DNA of 64,000 nucleotides. Source: Candidatus Sumerlaeia bacterium. Lineage in GTDB: Bacteria; Sumerlaeota; Sumerlaeia; SLMS01; JANRJK01. The notes beneath the pieces were generated by a model, which did no database searches, was not told where the DNA came from, and worked only from the letters and a program-made list of their open reading frames with translations. Made by a program: the position numbers and the translations under genes. The stretch covers positions 202,836-266,835 of the forward strand of contig JANRJK010000046.1 in NCBI GenBank assembly GCA_033764015.1. Reading direction: 5' to 3'. Below are positions 33,556 to 42,502 of the stretch, one piece after another (positions within the stretch are counted from its first letter, which is position 1; each line of letters opens with the position of its first letter).

Positions 33556-34550
33556 CCCCGCACGCCGGGCGCCGTCCCGCGCCGGCGCTCTCCACCTGCA
33601 CCGTCACCTGGAACTCGGGCGCGAAGCTGGACGCCTTCCTCGCGGGCCTCGAGGCGCTCAAGGCGGAAGCCCCCTTCCCCTTCGAGGCGATCGTGGTCGA
33701 TAACGCCTCCTCGGACGGGACTCCGGACCGGATCGAGGCGCGCTGCCCGTGGGTCCGCGTGGTGCGCAACGACCGCAACGATGGCTTCGCGGGCGGGAGC
33801 AACCGCGCCCTCGAAGCCGCGCGCGGAGACCACCTGATGCTGCTGAATCCGGATTGCGTGGCGGATGCGCGCGCGCTGGCGGGCATGGTCGGCTACCTGC
33901 GGCGGCACCCCTCCGCGGGCGCGGCGGGCTGCGCGCTGCTGCACGGCGACGGGCTTCCGCAGCGCACCGCCCACGGCGAGCCCGGCGCGCTGTCGTTCCT
34001 CCTCGGCAACTCCTGCCTGTCGCCGCTCTTCGAGCGCGCCGGCAAGGCGTGGCACCGGCTCACGGGGGGCTCGCGGCGGCCCCGCGCGGTGGGCTGGCTG
34101 CAGGGGTCCTGCATCGTCCTGCGCCGCGACGTCTACGAGGCGGTCGGCGGCCTGGACGAAGGCTACTTCATGTACTCCGAGGACGCCGACTGGTGCCGCC
34201 GGATCCGCGAGGCGGGCTGGCGCGTGGTGTTCCTGCCGAACTTCCGCATGACGCATTTCCAGAAGACGAGCGCGAAGGGATCGCCGGAGTTCACCTTCCG
34301 CCGCCTCTACCGCAGCATGGCTCTGTACGCGATCAAGTGGATGCCGCCGCCGAAGCGCTTCCTCTACTTCGAGGCGCTCAAGGCCGATCTCTGGCTGCGC
34401 CAGCCGCTCTATCGCGCCGCGGCGGTGCTGGGCCGCATGGACCCCAAGCGCGCCCGCGGGCGTATCGAGTCGTGCCGGGTGCTGATCAAGATGCTCCGCC
34501 GCGGCGACCCGGGCTGGCGCGCCGAGGCGCCTCCTTCGGCCGGGCGATGA
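33552..34550 (+). CDS. Glycosyltransferase family 2 (WbbL-like)
   Basis: ATGA overlap; IVVDNASSDGT, NDGFAGGSN, LLNPD, GGLDEGYFMYSEDADWC. Confidence 0.93.
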   Translation: MTPHAGRRPAPALSTCTVTWNSGAKLDAFLAGLEALKAEAPFPFEAIVVDNASSDGTPDRIEARCPWVRVVRNDRNDGFAGGSNRALEAARGDHLMLLNPDCVADARALAGMVGYLRRHPSAGAAGCALLHGDGLPQRTAHGEPGALSFLLGNSCLSPLFERAGKAWHRLTGGSRRPRAVGWLQGSCIVLRRDVYEAVGGLDEGYFMYSEDADWCRRIREAGWRVVFLPNFRMTHFQKTSAKGSPEFTFRRLYRSMALYAIKWMPPPKRFLYFEALKADLWLRQPLYRAAAVLGRMDPKRARGRIESCRVLIKMLRRGDPGWRAEAPPSAGR

Positions 34551-35704
34551 CCCCGCACGTTCTCCAAATCCTGCGCGGGTTCGAGGACGACGGCCCCGGC
34601 CGCCTCGCGCTCGGCGTCGTCAAGAACCTCGACCCCGCCGAGGCGCGCGTCTCCGTGGTGGCGCTCGCCGCGGACGGCCCGCTCCGCGCGGCGTTCGAAC
34701 GCGAGGCGGCGCGCCACGGCGGAACCACCGCCGCGCTGCCCACCGGTTGGCTCGGCGTGCGCGCCGCGGGACGGCGCATCGCCGAACTGGCGCGCGCGCA
34801 GGGCGCGACGCACCTGCACGCGCACCTGCTGCGCGCGGACGCCGTGGGGCGCGTCGCGCGCGACCAGCTCCCCGGGCTGCCCTACTTCGTGACGGAGCAC
34901 GCGCTGCACGGGTGGGGCGAGCGCGGCCCGCTGCTCCGCCCGCTCGTGCGGCGCTGGTATGTGCGCTCATTGGATGAGCGCTCGACCATTGTGGCGATTT
35001 CCCGTTGGGAGGCGCGGGCCCTCGAGGCGGAGGGCGTCCCCGGCGCCCGCATCCGCACCGTCCTGAACGGCGTCGACCTCGGGATGTCGCGGATCGCGCC
35101 GGAGGCGGAGCGGTCCGCCGCGCGGCGCGCGCTCGGCATCCCGGACGGAGCGGGGCCCGTGCTCCTGACGCTCGGGGTGCTGACGCGCCGCAAGTCGCCG
35201 GAAACGACGCTGCGCGCGGTGGCCGCGCTGCGGTCCGCCGGCATGCCGGCGTGGGCGCTGTTGGCGGGAACGGGGCCGCGCGCGGAGGAGCTGCGCGCGG
35301 TGGCGGATTCGCTCGGCCTGCGCGAAGGCGCGACGCTCGCGGGCTACCTGCCCGATCCGGCGCAGGCGGTCGCGGCGGCGGACGTGCTGATGCACCCCGC
35401 GGTCGAGGAACCCTACGGCCTTGTCGTCGCGGAGGCGCTCGCCAGCGGCCTACCGGTCGTGGCGCGCGCGGGCACCGGCGCCTCGGAGCTGCTCCCGCCG
35501 GCGCCCGACTCGGAGACGGTGGCCGGCGAAGCGCCGGGGGACTGGGCGGCTGCGTCGCGGCGGCTGGCGGACGCCGTGGCGGCCGACCGGGCGGGGATCG
35601 GCGCGCGCTGCCGCGCCCACGCGGAGGCCACGGCGGACCTGCGCCGCTGCGCGGGCGAGTACCTCGCGCTCTACTCGGAGGCCGCTTCCGCCTCGCGCGC
35701 CTGA
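34547..35704 (+). CDS. Glycosyltransferase family 4 (GT-B)
   Basis: ATGA overlap; HLHAH, VTEH, VLNGVD, EPYGLVVAEALASGLPVVA (EX7E). Confidence 0.9.
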   Translation: MTPHVLQILRGFEDDGPGRLALGVVKNLDPAEARVSVVALAADGPLRAAFEREAARHGGTTAALPTGWLGVRAAGRRIAELARAQGATHLHAHLLRADAVGRVARDQLPGLPYFVTEHALHGWGERGPLLRPLVRRWYVRSLDERSTIVAISRWEARALEAEGVPGARIRTVLNGVDLGMSRIAPEAERSAARRALGIPDGAGPVLLTLGVLTRRKSPETTLRAVAALRSAGMPAWALLAGTGPRAEELRAVADSLGLREGATLAGYLPDPAQAVAAADVLMHPAVEEPYGLVVAEALASGLPVVARAGTGASELLPPAPDSETVAGEAPGDWAAASRRLADAVAADRAGIGARCRAHAEATADLRRCAGEYLALYSEAASASRA

Positions 35705-36594
35705 ATCGTCACGACGATCGGCAGGTGGTCGCTCATCTTGCTCATCTCGAACAGCTCGAAGGGCTTCGCGACCGCCGCGCTGGCGGGGACGATCTCCGGC
35801 GCCATCGCCTCGTTGACGTAGATCGAATCGATGTGGCGCGTGGGGTACTCCGCGGGGTGCGTCGGCGGGAATCCCCATTCCTCGAACGGATTCACGAACG
35901 GAAATCCGGTTTTCGTAATTGCCTGGAATTCGGGATTTTCAGGGGCGAAATTCATATCGCCGAAAACCAGGAAATTCCCGCCCGGCGTCACCTTCAGGTA
36001 GCGCGCCGCCTCGCGCTTCAGCAGCTCGATCTGCCCGGTCCGCGTGGCGCGGTCCTCGTCCTTCGCGCCCGCCTTGAGGTGCACGCATCCGAGGAGGAAC
36101 GTGTAGTCCTCGGAGGGCCGCACCTCGACGATCATCATGCGCCCGTTGAGGAAGAACTGGTTGCCGCCCTTGCCGTCGGTGCTCTCCGCCGCCTTCAGCG
36201 TGACGATCGGGCCGAGCGGCACGCGGCTGAAGACGACGATGTTCTGGTACCAGCTCTCGTCGCGCGCGCCGACGATGCGCGTGTAGCCCAGCTCCGGCAG
36301 GTGGCGCAGCGCGTAGTCGCGCCCCCACGCTTCGCCTTCGATTTCCGAGGCCACCAGGATATCCGCGTTCAATTCGGAAATCACCTCGGCCATTTTCGCC
36401 AATTCCGCGTCGTCGCGCCCCGTGGTGTTCTCGAGGTCGGAGTCGACGTAGGGGTCGTCGTTGGCGTCGACGAAGTGCTCCATGTTCCAGAAGGCGAGGC
36501 GGAGCTCGCGTGGAGCGGGGTCCTCCTGCGCCGTCGCGGATTGGGCGGTGGCGAGGATCGCCGAGACGGCGGCTGCGAGGAGTGCGCGGTGCAT
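35671..36594 (-). CDS. Exported endonuclease/exonuclease/phosphatase (EEP) family protein
   Basis: Signal peptide ...ATAQSATA-Q; FWNMEHF, ADILVASEI, VHLKAG, FGDMN, IDSIYV, SDHLPI. Confidence 0.9.
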   Translation of the reverse strand: MHRALLAAAVSAILATAQSATAQEDPAPRELRLAFWNMEHFVDANDDPYVDSDLENTTGRDDAELAKMAEVISELNADILVASEIEGEAWGRDYALRHLPELGYTRIVGARDESWYQNIVVFSRVPLGPIVTLKAAESTDGKGGNQFFLNGRMMIVEVRPSEDYTFLLGCVHLKAGAKDEDRATRTGQIELLKREAARYLKVTPGGNFLVFGDMNFAPENPEFQAITKTGFPFVNPFEEWGFPPTHPAEYPTRHIDSIYVNEAMAPEIVPASAAVAKPFELFEMSKMSDHLPIVVTIQAREAEAASE

Positions 36595-36611
36595 GGGACG
36601 CTCCGGGGAGG

Positions 36612-36651
36612 GGAAAAGGGACGCCGCTCCGCACGGGGGCGGAGCGGCGTC
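36612..36651 (-). terminator. Intrinsic terminator after sppA
   Basis: 13-bp perfect stem GACGCCGCTCCGC / GCGGAGCGGCGTC followed on the minus strand by CCTTTTCC. Confidence 0.65.
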
Positions 36652-36691
36652 AGGAGATGTTCCGCCTCGGAGGGCGGGCAAGCGGAGCCGG

Positions 36692-37693
36692 TCAGGGAAC
36701 CCAGAGGTACTGGAACACCTCGGACTTGGGAGCCTGCGGGCCGGCGCCGGAGACATTGAGCAGGTTGAGCTGCGTCTGCACGCCCGCGCTGGCGGGAACG
36801 GCGGCGGGAGCCTTGACGTAGAAGCTCTCGGCGGTGCGGTTGCTCGTCTTGCGGTAGAGCACGACGGTGGGCTTGGAGCCCTCCTTGTACTGGTTGGCGG
36901 CGTGGTCGATGACCTCGTCGAGGTACATGATGCCGTCCACCAGGCCGGCGTCGTAGGCCTGCGACGCGGTGTAGACGCGCCCGTCGGCGAGCTTGCGGAT
37001 CGTGGCTTCATCCAGGTCCGTCCGGTTCTTGCCGACGATTTCGACGAAGTTGCCGTACATGTCGTCGATGATCGACTGCATGATGGCGCGCTCTTCGGGC
37101 GACATCTGCTTCCAGAAGCCGCCGATGTCCTTGTTGGCGCCGCTCTTGATGACTTCGAATCCGACGCCGAGTTTGTCGCCGAGGCCCTTCATCTGCGGGA
37201 ACATGGCGATCACGCCGATGGAACCGGTGACGGTGGTGGGGTGGGCGTAGATTTCGTCGCTGGCCATGGCGATGTAGTATCCGCCGGAGGCCGCGAGATC
37301 GAGCATCGACGTGTAGATCGGCACGCCGGTCTCCTCCTTGTACTTGAGGAGCTCCTTGTAGATGACGTCGCTGGCGGTGACGCCGCCGCCCGGCGAGTCC
37401 ACGCGCAGGACCACAGCGCGGATGCGGTCGTCCTCGCGCGCCTTGCCCAGCTTCTCGGTCACTTCCACCACAGTGCTGCCGCTCGAGAAGAAGCCGGAGC
37501 TGTCCGGTCCGCCGGTGATGGCGCCGTCCACATCGAGCACCAGGATCTTGCCCGCGCCGTAGCGTCCGTCGCGGAGGGTCACTTCCTCGTAGGCGGCGGT
37601 GCCGCCCAGTCCCGACAGCGGGACGATGATGCACCCCTGCGCGAGCAGGAGCACGGCCAGAACCAGCGACATCAGGGCGGTGCGAATTGCCAT
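36692..37693 (-). CDS. sppA: Signal peptide peptidase SppA (S49), probable lipoprotein
   Basis: Lipobox LAQG-C; LRVDSPGG, AASGGYYIA, TGSIGV, KSGANKD, ADGRVYT. Confidence 0.93.
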   Translation of the reverse strand: MAIRTALMSLVLAVLLLAQGCIIVPLSGLGGTAAYEEVTLRDGRYGAGKILVLDVDGAITGGPDSSGFFSSGSTVVEVTEKLGKAREDDRIRAVVLRVDSPGGGVTASDVIYKELLKYKEETGVPIYTSMLDLAASGGYYIAMASDEIYAHPTTVTGSIGVIAMFPQMKGLGDKLGVGFEVIKSGANKDIGGFWKQMSPEERAIMQSIIDDMYGNFVEIVGKNRTDLDEATIRKLADGRVYTASQAYDAGLVDGIMYLDEVIDHAANQYKEGSKPTVVLYRKTSNRTAESFYVKAPAAVPASAGVQTQLNLLNVSGAGPQAPKSEVFQYLWVP

Positions 37694-37774
37694 CAGTGGT
37701 TTTTCCTTTCCTCACTAGGGGCCGGGAAGTCGTCCTACGGCCCGCGGTTGGTCATCCCTTCGGCAGGTGACACG

Positions 37775-38617
37775 TTGGCTACGCGCCAGGTGCTCGAAGT
37801 CTTCAGTCTCGACGCGGCGGGTAACACCTTCGCCGGGGTGGACTGGCGCGGACGCCCCCCCTTGGGGGATGCGGAGGCGGCCGCCCTCGCACGCCGGCTC
37901 TGCGCCGAGCCGGGCCGGGAGGTCGACGGCCTGCTGCTCCTGGAAGCGGCGCCGGGGGCCGATTTCGCCATGCACTACCGCAACCGCGACGGCAGCCGCG
38001 CCGGCTACTGCGGCAACGGCACGCGCGCCATCGCGCTGCTCGCCGGGCTGGTCGGCGCCGCCGGGACGGAAATGCGGTTCGCCACGGACGCGGGCTTCAC
38101 GGAGGCCCGCCGGCTCGGCGCGGAGCGCTTCGAGGCGGCCTTTCCCGACCCGCGGACGGAGTACCGCGCCGGCGCGCTGGACCGGCGGGGGGCGCCGCCC
38201 GCGGACTTCATCGACACCGGCGTGCCCCACGCGCTCGTCTGGACCGATGGGGAGCCGGACTCCGGAGCGCTGTCGCTGGCGGCGGCGGAGCTCCGCTGGC
38301 ACCCCGGCGCCGGGGCCGGGGGGGCGAACGTCAATCTCGCCCGGGACTCCGGCGCCGGGGGGGTCCGCCTGCGCACCTTCGAGCGCGGCGTGGAAGCGGA
38401 AACCCGCGCCTGCGGCACCGGCGCCGTGGCGGCGGCCATCGGCGCCGCCGTCCGCGCAGGGCGTTCCGGACCGCAGCGCGGAGCCGTCGTTCCCACGGGC
38501 GGCGCGGCGTTGGAGGTGTCCTTCGAATTGCGGGGCACCCGGGCGTGCGGTGTGTGCCTGGCGGGGCCGGCGGTGGTGCTCGGGGTGCGCCGTTCCGAGT
38601 GGCCGCTAGAAGGCTGA
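37775..38617 (+). CDS. dapF: Diaminopimelate epimerase (start approximate)
   Basis: AGNTF, DGLL, NRDGS...YCGNGTR, DTGVPH, GANVN, RTFERGVEAETRACGTG (both catalytic Cys present). Confidence 0.88.
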   Translation: MATRQVLEVFSLDAAGNTFAGVDWRGRPPLGDAEAAALARRLCAEPGREVDGLLLLEAAPGADFAMHYRNRDGSRAGYCGNGTRAIALLAGLVGAAGTEMRFATDAGFTEARRLGAERFEAAFPDPRTEYRAGALDRRGAPPADFIDTGVPHALVWTDGEPDSGALSLAAAELRWHPGAGAGGANVNLARDSGAGGVRLRTFERGVEAETRACGTGAVAAAIGAAVRAGRSGPQRGAVVPTGGAALEVSFELRGTRACGVCLAGPAVVLGVRRSEWPLEG

Positions 38618-38729
38618 CGGCCCTCCTGCGGGACTTGCCCGGAGGGCGTCCGCCACCCAGAGTGCCCCTGCGAAGAACTCCATCCGGCGTCCCCGTTCCG
38701 GCGGGCCCCGCCCCGACAGGAACGCGACG

Positions 38730-40058
38730 TTGACCCACGAGATCCCCGTCTTCCCGATCGAAACGCCGGCGATCCGCCCGCTCGAGATGATCCCCCTCGA
38801 GCAGCGCGGCCAGCCCTTCCTGCTGGTGCGCGACCCGCTCGGCGTGATCCCCCAGCCCGTCGGCCTGGCGGTGGACCCGATGCTGCTGATCGTGCTGCAG
38901 CTCGCGGACGGCCAGCGCACCATCGGCGAGATGGCCTCCGTCGCCACGCAGGCGACCGGGCACATCATCTCGCACGAGGTGCTGCGCGACGTGGTGCGCC
39001 AGCTCGACGAGGCGCTCCTGCTCCAGTCCGAGCGCTTCGTCGCCGCGTGGACCGCCAAGCGCGAGGCGTACGCCAAGGAGACGGTCCGCAAGTCCTCCGT
39101 GTTCCCGATCCCGGCGGCGATGGACCGCTTGGCGGTGATCGCGGAGCTGGGCAAGGAATTCCGCCGCCACCTGATGTCGTCGATCTCGCCGCCGGAGCGG
39201 CTCGACCTCGCGGCCGGGTCGGTGCAGGGCGTCCTCGCGCCGCACATCGACTACCAGCGCGGCGGCGAGGTGTACGCCTGGTCCTACAAGGCGCTCGCGG
39301 AGCACGGCCGGTCGCCCGACACCTACTTCATCCTCGGCGTGGTGCACCGCCCCGCGATGCACCGCTTCATCGCCACGCGCAAGCACTTCGAAACGCCGTT
39401 CGGAACCGTGCCGTGCGACACGGCGCTGCTGGACGAGTTCGCCGCGGACTTCGGCGGGATGCTGTTCGAGGACGAGTACCAGCACGCGGCGGAGCACTCG
39501 ATCGAGCTGCAGGTGGTCTACCTGAAGAAGATGCTGGGCGACCGCCCCTTCAAGGTCGTGCCGGTGCTGGTCTCTAGCTTCGACGACCTGCTCGAGGCGG
39601 AGGGTCCGCCCAAGGTTGCGGATCCGGAAGTGGGCGCCTTCGCGGGCGCGCTGCGCCGGCTGCTCGAGAAGCACGGCAGCCGCGTCGCGCTGGTCGGCGG
39701 CGTGGACTTCTCGCACTGCGGGCCGGAGTTCGGCGACGAGGAGCTGAACGAGCCGGCGCGCTGCGAGCAGATCAAGGGCGGCGACCGCGCGGCGCTGGAC
39801 GCGATCGAGCGCGTGGACGCGGAGGCGTTCTTCGACTCCTTCCGCCCCGACTTCAACTCGCGCAAGGTCTGCAGCGTCGGGCCGATCTACCTCGCGCTGG
39901 ACGCCATGGCGGGGCGCGCGGAGGCACGCGTGCTGAAGTACCACCAGGCGAACTCGCCGGACCGCTCGTGCCTCGTGTCCTTCGCGAGCGTCGCCTTCAC
40001 CACGCCGACGCCCGGCGAGCGGAAGAACCCGGGCGGCAAGATCATCCTGCTGGGCTGA
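38730..40058 (+). CDS. MEMO1-family protein (AmmeMemoRadiSam system protein B) with N-terminal extension
   Basis: APHIDYQRGG, ILGVVH, ETPFG, EHSIELQ, VDFSHCGPEFGD, VCSVGPIY, VSFAS. Confidence 0.88.
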   Translation: MTHEIPVFPIETPAIRPLEMIPLEQRGQPFLLVRDPLGVIPQPVGLAVDPMLLIVLQLADGQRTIGEMASVATQATGHIISHEVLRDVVRQLDEALLLQSERFVAAWTAKREAYAKETVRKSSVFPIPAAMDRLAVIAELGKEFRRHLMSSISPPERLDLAAGSVQGVLAPHIDYQRGGEVYAWSYKALAEHGRSPDTYFILGVVHRPAMHRFIATRKHFETPFGTVPCDTALLDEFAADFGGMLFEDEYQHAAEHSIELQVVYLKKMLGDRPFKVVPVLVSSFDDLLEAEGPPKVADPEVGAFAGALRRLLEKHGSRVALVGGVDFSHCGPEFGDEELNEPARCEQIKGGDRAALDAIERVDAEAFFDSFRPDFNSRKVCSVGPIYLALDAMAGRAEARVLKYHQANSPDRSCLVSFASVAFTTPTPGERKNPGGKIILLG

Positions 40059-40064
40059 CCGCGG

Positions 40065-41360
40065 TCAGCGCTTCAGCAGCGCCTCGATGTCCGCCTGCGC
40101 GCGCGGCAGCTCCTCCGCGGGCTCCGCGCCGCCGGTGAGTACCGCGTGCCCGGCGGAGGCGTAGATGCTCGACAGCTCGTTGTAGTAGCGCCCCGCCGCC
40201 GTGGTGGGGCGCGGCACGGCGTTCTCGAAGATCGCGCGCATCTCCGGGAAGAACGGGATCGCCGCGGCGATCTCCGGGTCGTCGTAGAGGCTCCGCGCGG
40301 TCGCGAGGTAGTTCCCCCGCAGCGCGCGCTCCTTCTGCGCATCCAGCGACGCCGCCAGCGCGACGAACTGGATCGCGAGCTCCGTGTGCCGGCTGTGGCG
40401 CGAGACCGCGAGCATCTGCCCGCCGAGGGTTCCCGCGGAACGCTCCCCGCCGGGGAGCGGCGCGACGGCGAACTTGCCCCGCACCGGCGAGCCCTCCGCC
40501 TGCCCCGGCGCGTAGGCGTAGGGCCAGTTGCGCATGAACGCCGCGTTGCCGGACTGCCAGACGCCCCGCGATTCCTCCTCGCCGTATGACAGGACGCCGG
40601 GCGGCGAGATCGTGCCGACCCAGCCGCGCGCCCGCAGGAGCATTTCCGCCAGCGCGGGTTCGTCCACGCGCACCGCGCCCGCGCCGTCGAGGACCGGCGC
40701 GCCGCCGTTCGACACCTGCCACTCGAGCATGTTGCAGGTGAGGCCCTCGTAGGAGCGCCCCTGCCAGACGTAGCCCCAGAAGCTCGCGCTTCCCGCGGCG
40801 CGCTCGCCCTCCATGATCGCGCGGGCCATCGACTCGAGCTCGTCCCACGTCTTCGGCGGCGCCTCGAAGCCGTACTTCTCCAGCAGGTCCGAGCGGTAGT
40901 AGAGCACCGGCGCGTCGACGTAGTAGGGCGCCATCACCAGCTTGCCGTCATAGGTGTTGTTGGCCATGACGCTCGGGAACGTCTCGGTCTCGAGCGCGGG
41001 GCGGAGCGCTTCCAGGTCGGCGAAGTGCGGCCCGAGCATCCCGGTCCAGACCACGTCGCACATGTAGACGTCGACGTCGGGCGACTTGGCGCCGAGGAAG
41101 TTCAGGTACTGGGTGAGGCGCTCGTTGCCGTCATTGGGGGTGATGACGAACTCGACCTTCGCGCCGGTCTCGGACTCGAAGCCGGCGGCGAGTCCGCGCA
41201 TCACTTCGAGGGCGGCGCCGACATTGTCGTGCATGACGCGGAGCGTGGGGGCGCTGGGTTCCGCCGCGCCCCGCGCGGGGGCCTCCGGGTTCTCGCGGCA
41301 GCCGGCGGCGAGCACCGCGGCGGCGAGCAGGGACGGCAGGGCGCGCGGGAAGGTGCGCAT
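40065..41360 (-). CDS. Sugar ABC transporter substrate-binding lipoprotein (family 1, trehalose/maltose-like)
   Basis: Lipobox LAAG-C; DVVWTG, LYYRSDLLEKYG, PKTWDEL, YEGLTCN, FMRNWPYA. Confidence 0.9.
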   Translation of the reverse strand: MRTFPRALPSLLAAAVLAAGCRENPEAPARGAAEPSAPTLRVMHDNVGAALEVMRGLAAGFESETGAKVEFVITPNDGNERLTQYLNFLGAKSPDVDVYMCDVVWTGMLGPHFADLEALRPALETETFPSVMANNTYDGKLVMAPYYVDAPVLYYRSDLLEKYGFEAPPKTWDELESMARAIMEGERAAGSASFWGYVWQGRSYEGLTCNMLEWQVSNGGAPVLDGAGAVRVDEPALAEMLLRARGWVGTISPPGVLSYGEEESRGVWQSGNAAFMRNWPYAYAPGQAEGSPVRGKFAVAPLPGGERSAGTLGGQMLAVSRHSRHTELAIQFVALAASLDAQKERALRGNYLATARSLYDDPEIAAAIPFFPEMRAIFENAVPRPTTAAGRYYNELSSIYASAGHAVLTGGAEPAEELPRAQADIEALLKR

Positions 41361-41443
41361 GGCGGGGCCTCCGGATCGGGTGTGCGCGCGGCTGCGCCGC
41401 GTCGGGAAGTGCGGGATGCGCCGGACCGCGTCCGGCGAGGGGG

Positions 41444-42316
41444 CTATTCCTCGCCGCGCTGGTCGAGGCGCTCCTCGTACTCGGCGTAGTGGATCAGGTC
41501 GTAGAACTGCTGGCGCGTCATCATGGTTTCGAGGAGCCCCTCCTGCGTGCCGTCCACTTGGAGCTGGTGGACCGCGCGGGCGGCGGCGCCCATCGCGACG
41601 CGGAAAAGCGTGAGCGGGTACAGCACGATGCGCACGCCGGCGCTGTGGAGCTGCTGCTGCGTGTAGATCGGCGTCTTGCCGAACTCCGTGATGTTCGCCA
41701 GCACCGGGATGTCGACGGCCTCGGCGATCTTGGCGTAGTGCTCCAGGTCGACGATGGCCTCGGGGAAGATGGCGTCGGCGCCGGCGTCGGCGTAGCGCTT
41801 GCAGCGCTCGATGGTCTCGTCGAGCCCCTCGACCGCGAACGCGTCGGTGCGGGCGATGACGTAGAAGGCGGGTGACGCCTCGCGGCGCGCGGCGGCGGCG
41901 GCGCGGACGCGGGCCACCATCTCGGCCGCGGGGACGACGCGCTTGCCGGGGCGGTGGCCGCAGCGCTTGGCGCCCTCCTGGTCCTCGATGTGGCAGGCGG
42001 CGGCGCCGGCGTGGATCAGCTCGCGCACGCAGCGCTCGACGTTGAGTTCGCTGCCGAAGCCGGTGTCGACATCCACCAGCAGCGGGAGGTTCGGAACGGC
42101 GGCGGTGATGCGGCGCGCTTCGGCGACCACCTCGGTCATCGAGATCATGCCGAGGTCCGGCAAGCCGTAGGCGGCGGCGACGCCGGAGCCGGAGAGGTAG
42201 GCGGCCTTGAAGCCGGCGCGCTGCACGAGCATCGCCACGGCGGGATGGAAGACGCCGACGACCTTGAGCGGTCGTTCGTTCGCCACGGCCTCACGGAAAC
42301 GCGATCCCGGCTGCAT
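41444..42316 (-). CDS. prpB: 2-methylisocitrate lyase
   Basis: [56 protein letters not shown]. Confidence 0.93.
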   Translation of the reverse strand: MQPGSRFREAVANERPLKVVGVFHPAVAMLVQRAGFKAAYLSGSGVAAAYGLPDLGMISMTEVVAEARRITAAVPNLPLLVDVDTGFGSELNVERCVRELIHAGAAACHIEDQEGAKRCGHRPGKRVVPAAEMVARVRAAAAARREASPAFYVIARTDAFAVEGLDETIERCKRYADAGADAIFPEAIVDLEHYAKIAEAVDIPVLANITEFGKTPIYTQQQLHSAGVRIVLYPLTLFRVAMGAAARAVHQLQVDGTQEGLLETMMTRQQFYDLIHYAEYEERLDQRGEE

Positions 42317-42357
42317 CGATGGCCTCGGTTCCGCGCGGACCTGCCCGCCCGCGCCGG

Positions 42358-42379
42358 AGATGTTGGATGCGTAACATCT
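42358..42379. promoter_or_regulatory. Dyad operator candidate between divergent prpB and tkt
   Basis: AGATGTT-N8-AACATCT inverted repeat; core TGTTG-N6-TAACA has CRP-family geometry. Confidence 0.45.
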
Positions 42380-42502
42380 ATAGGGGACCCGCCCCCCGGT
42401 CCAGCGGGATCGCCACCGGCCGCTCGGAAATCCGTTGGCGCCCGCGCGCAGGCCGCCGGTAGCCTCCCGGGAGAACCACACGTCCCGCACGGAGCCCACG
42501 CC

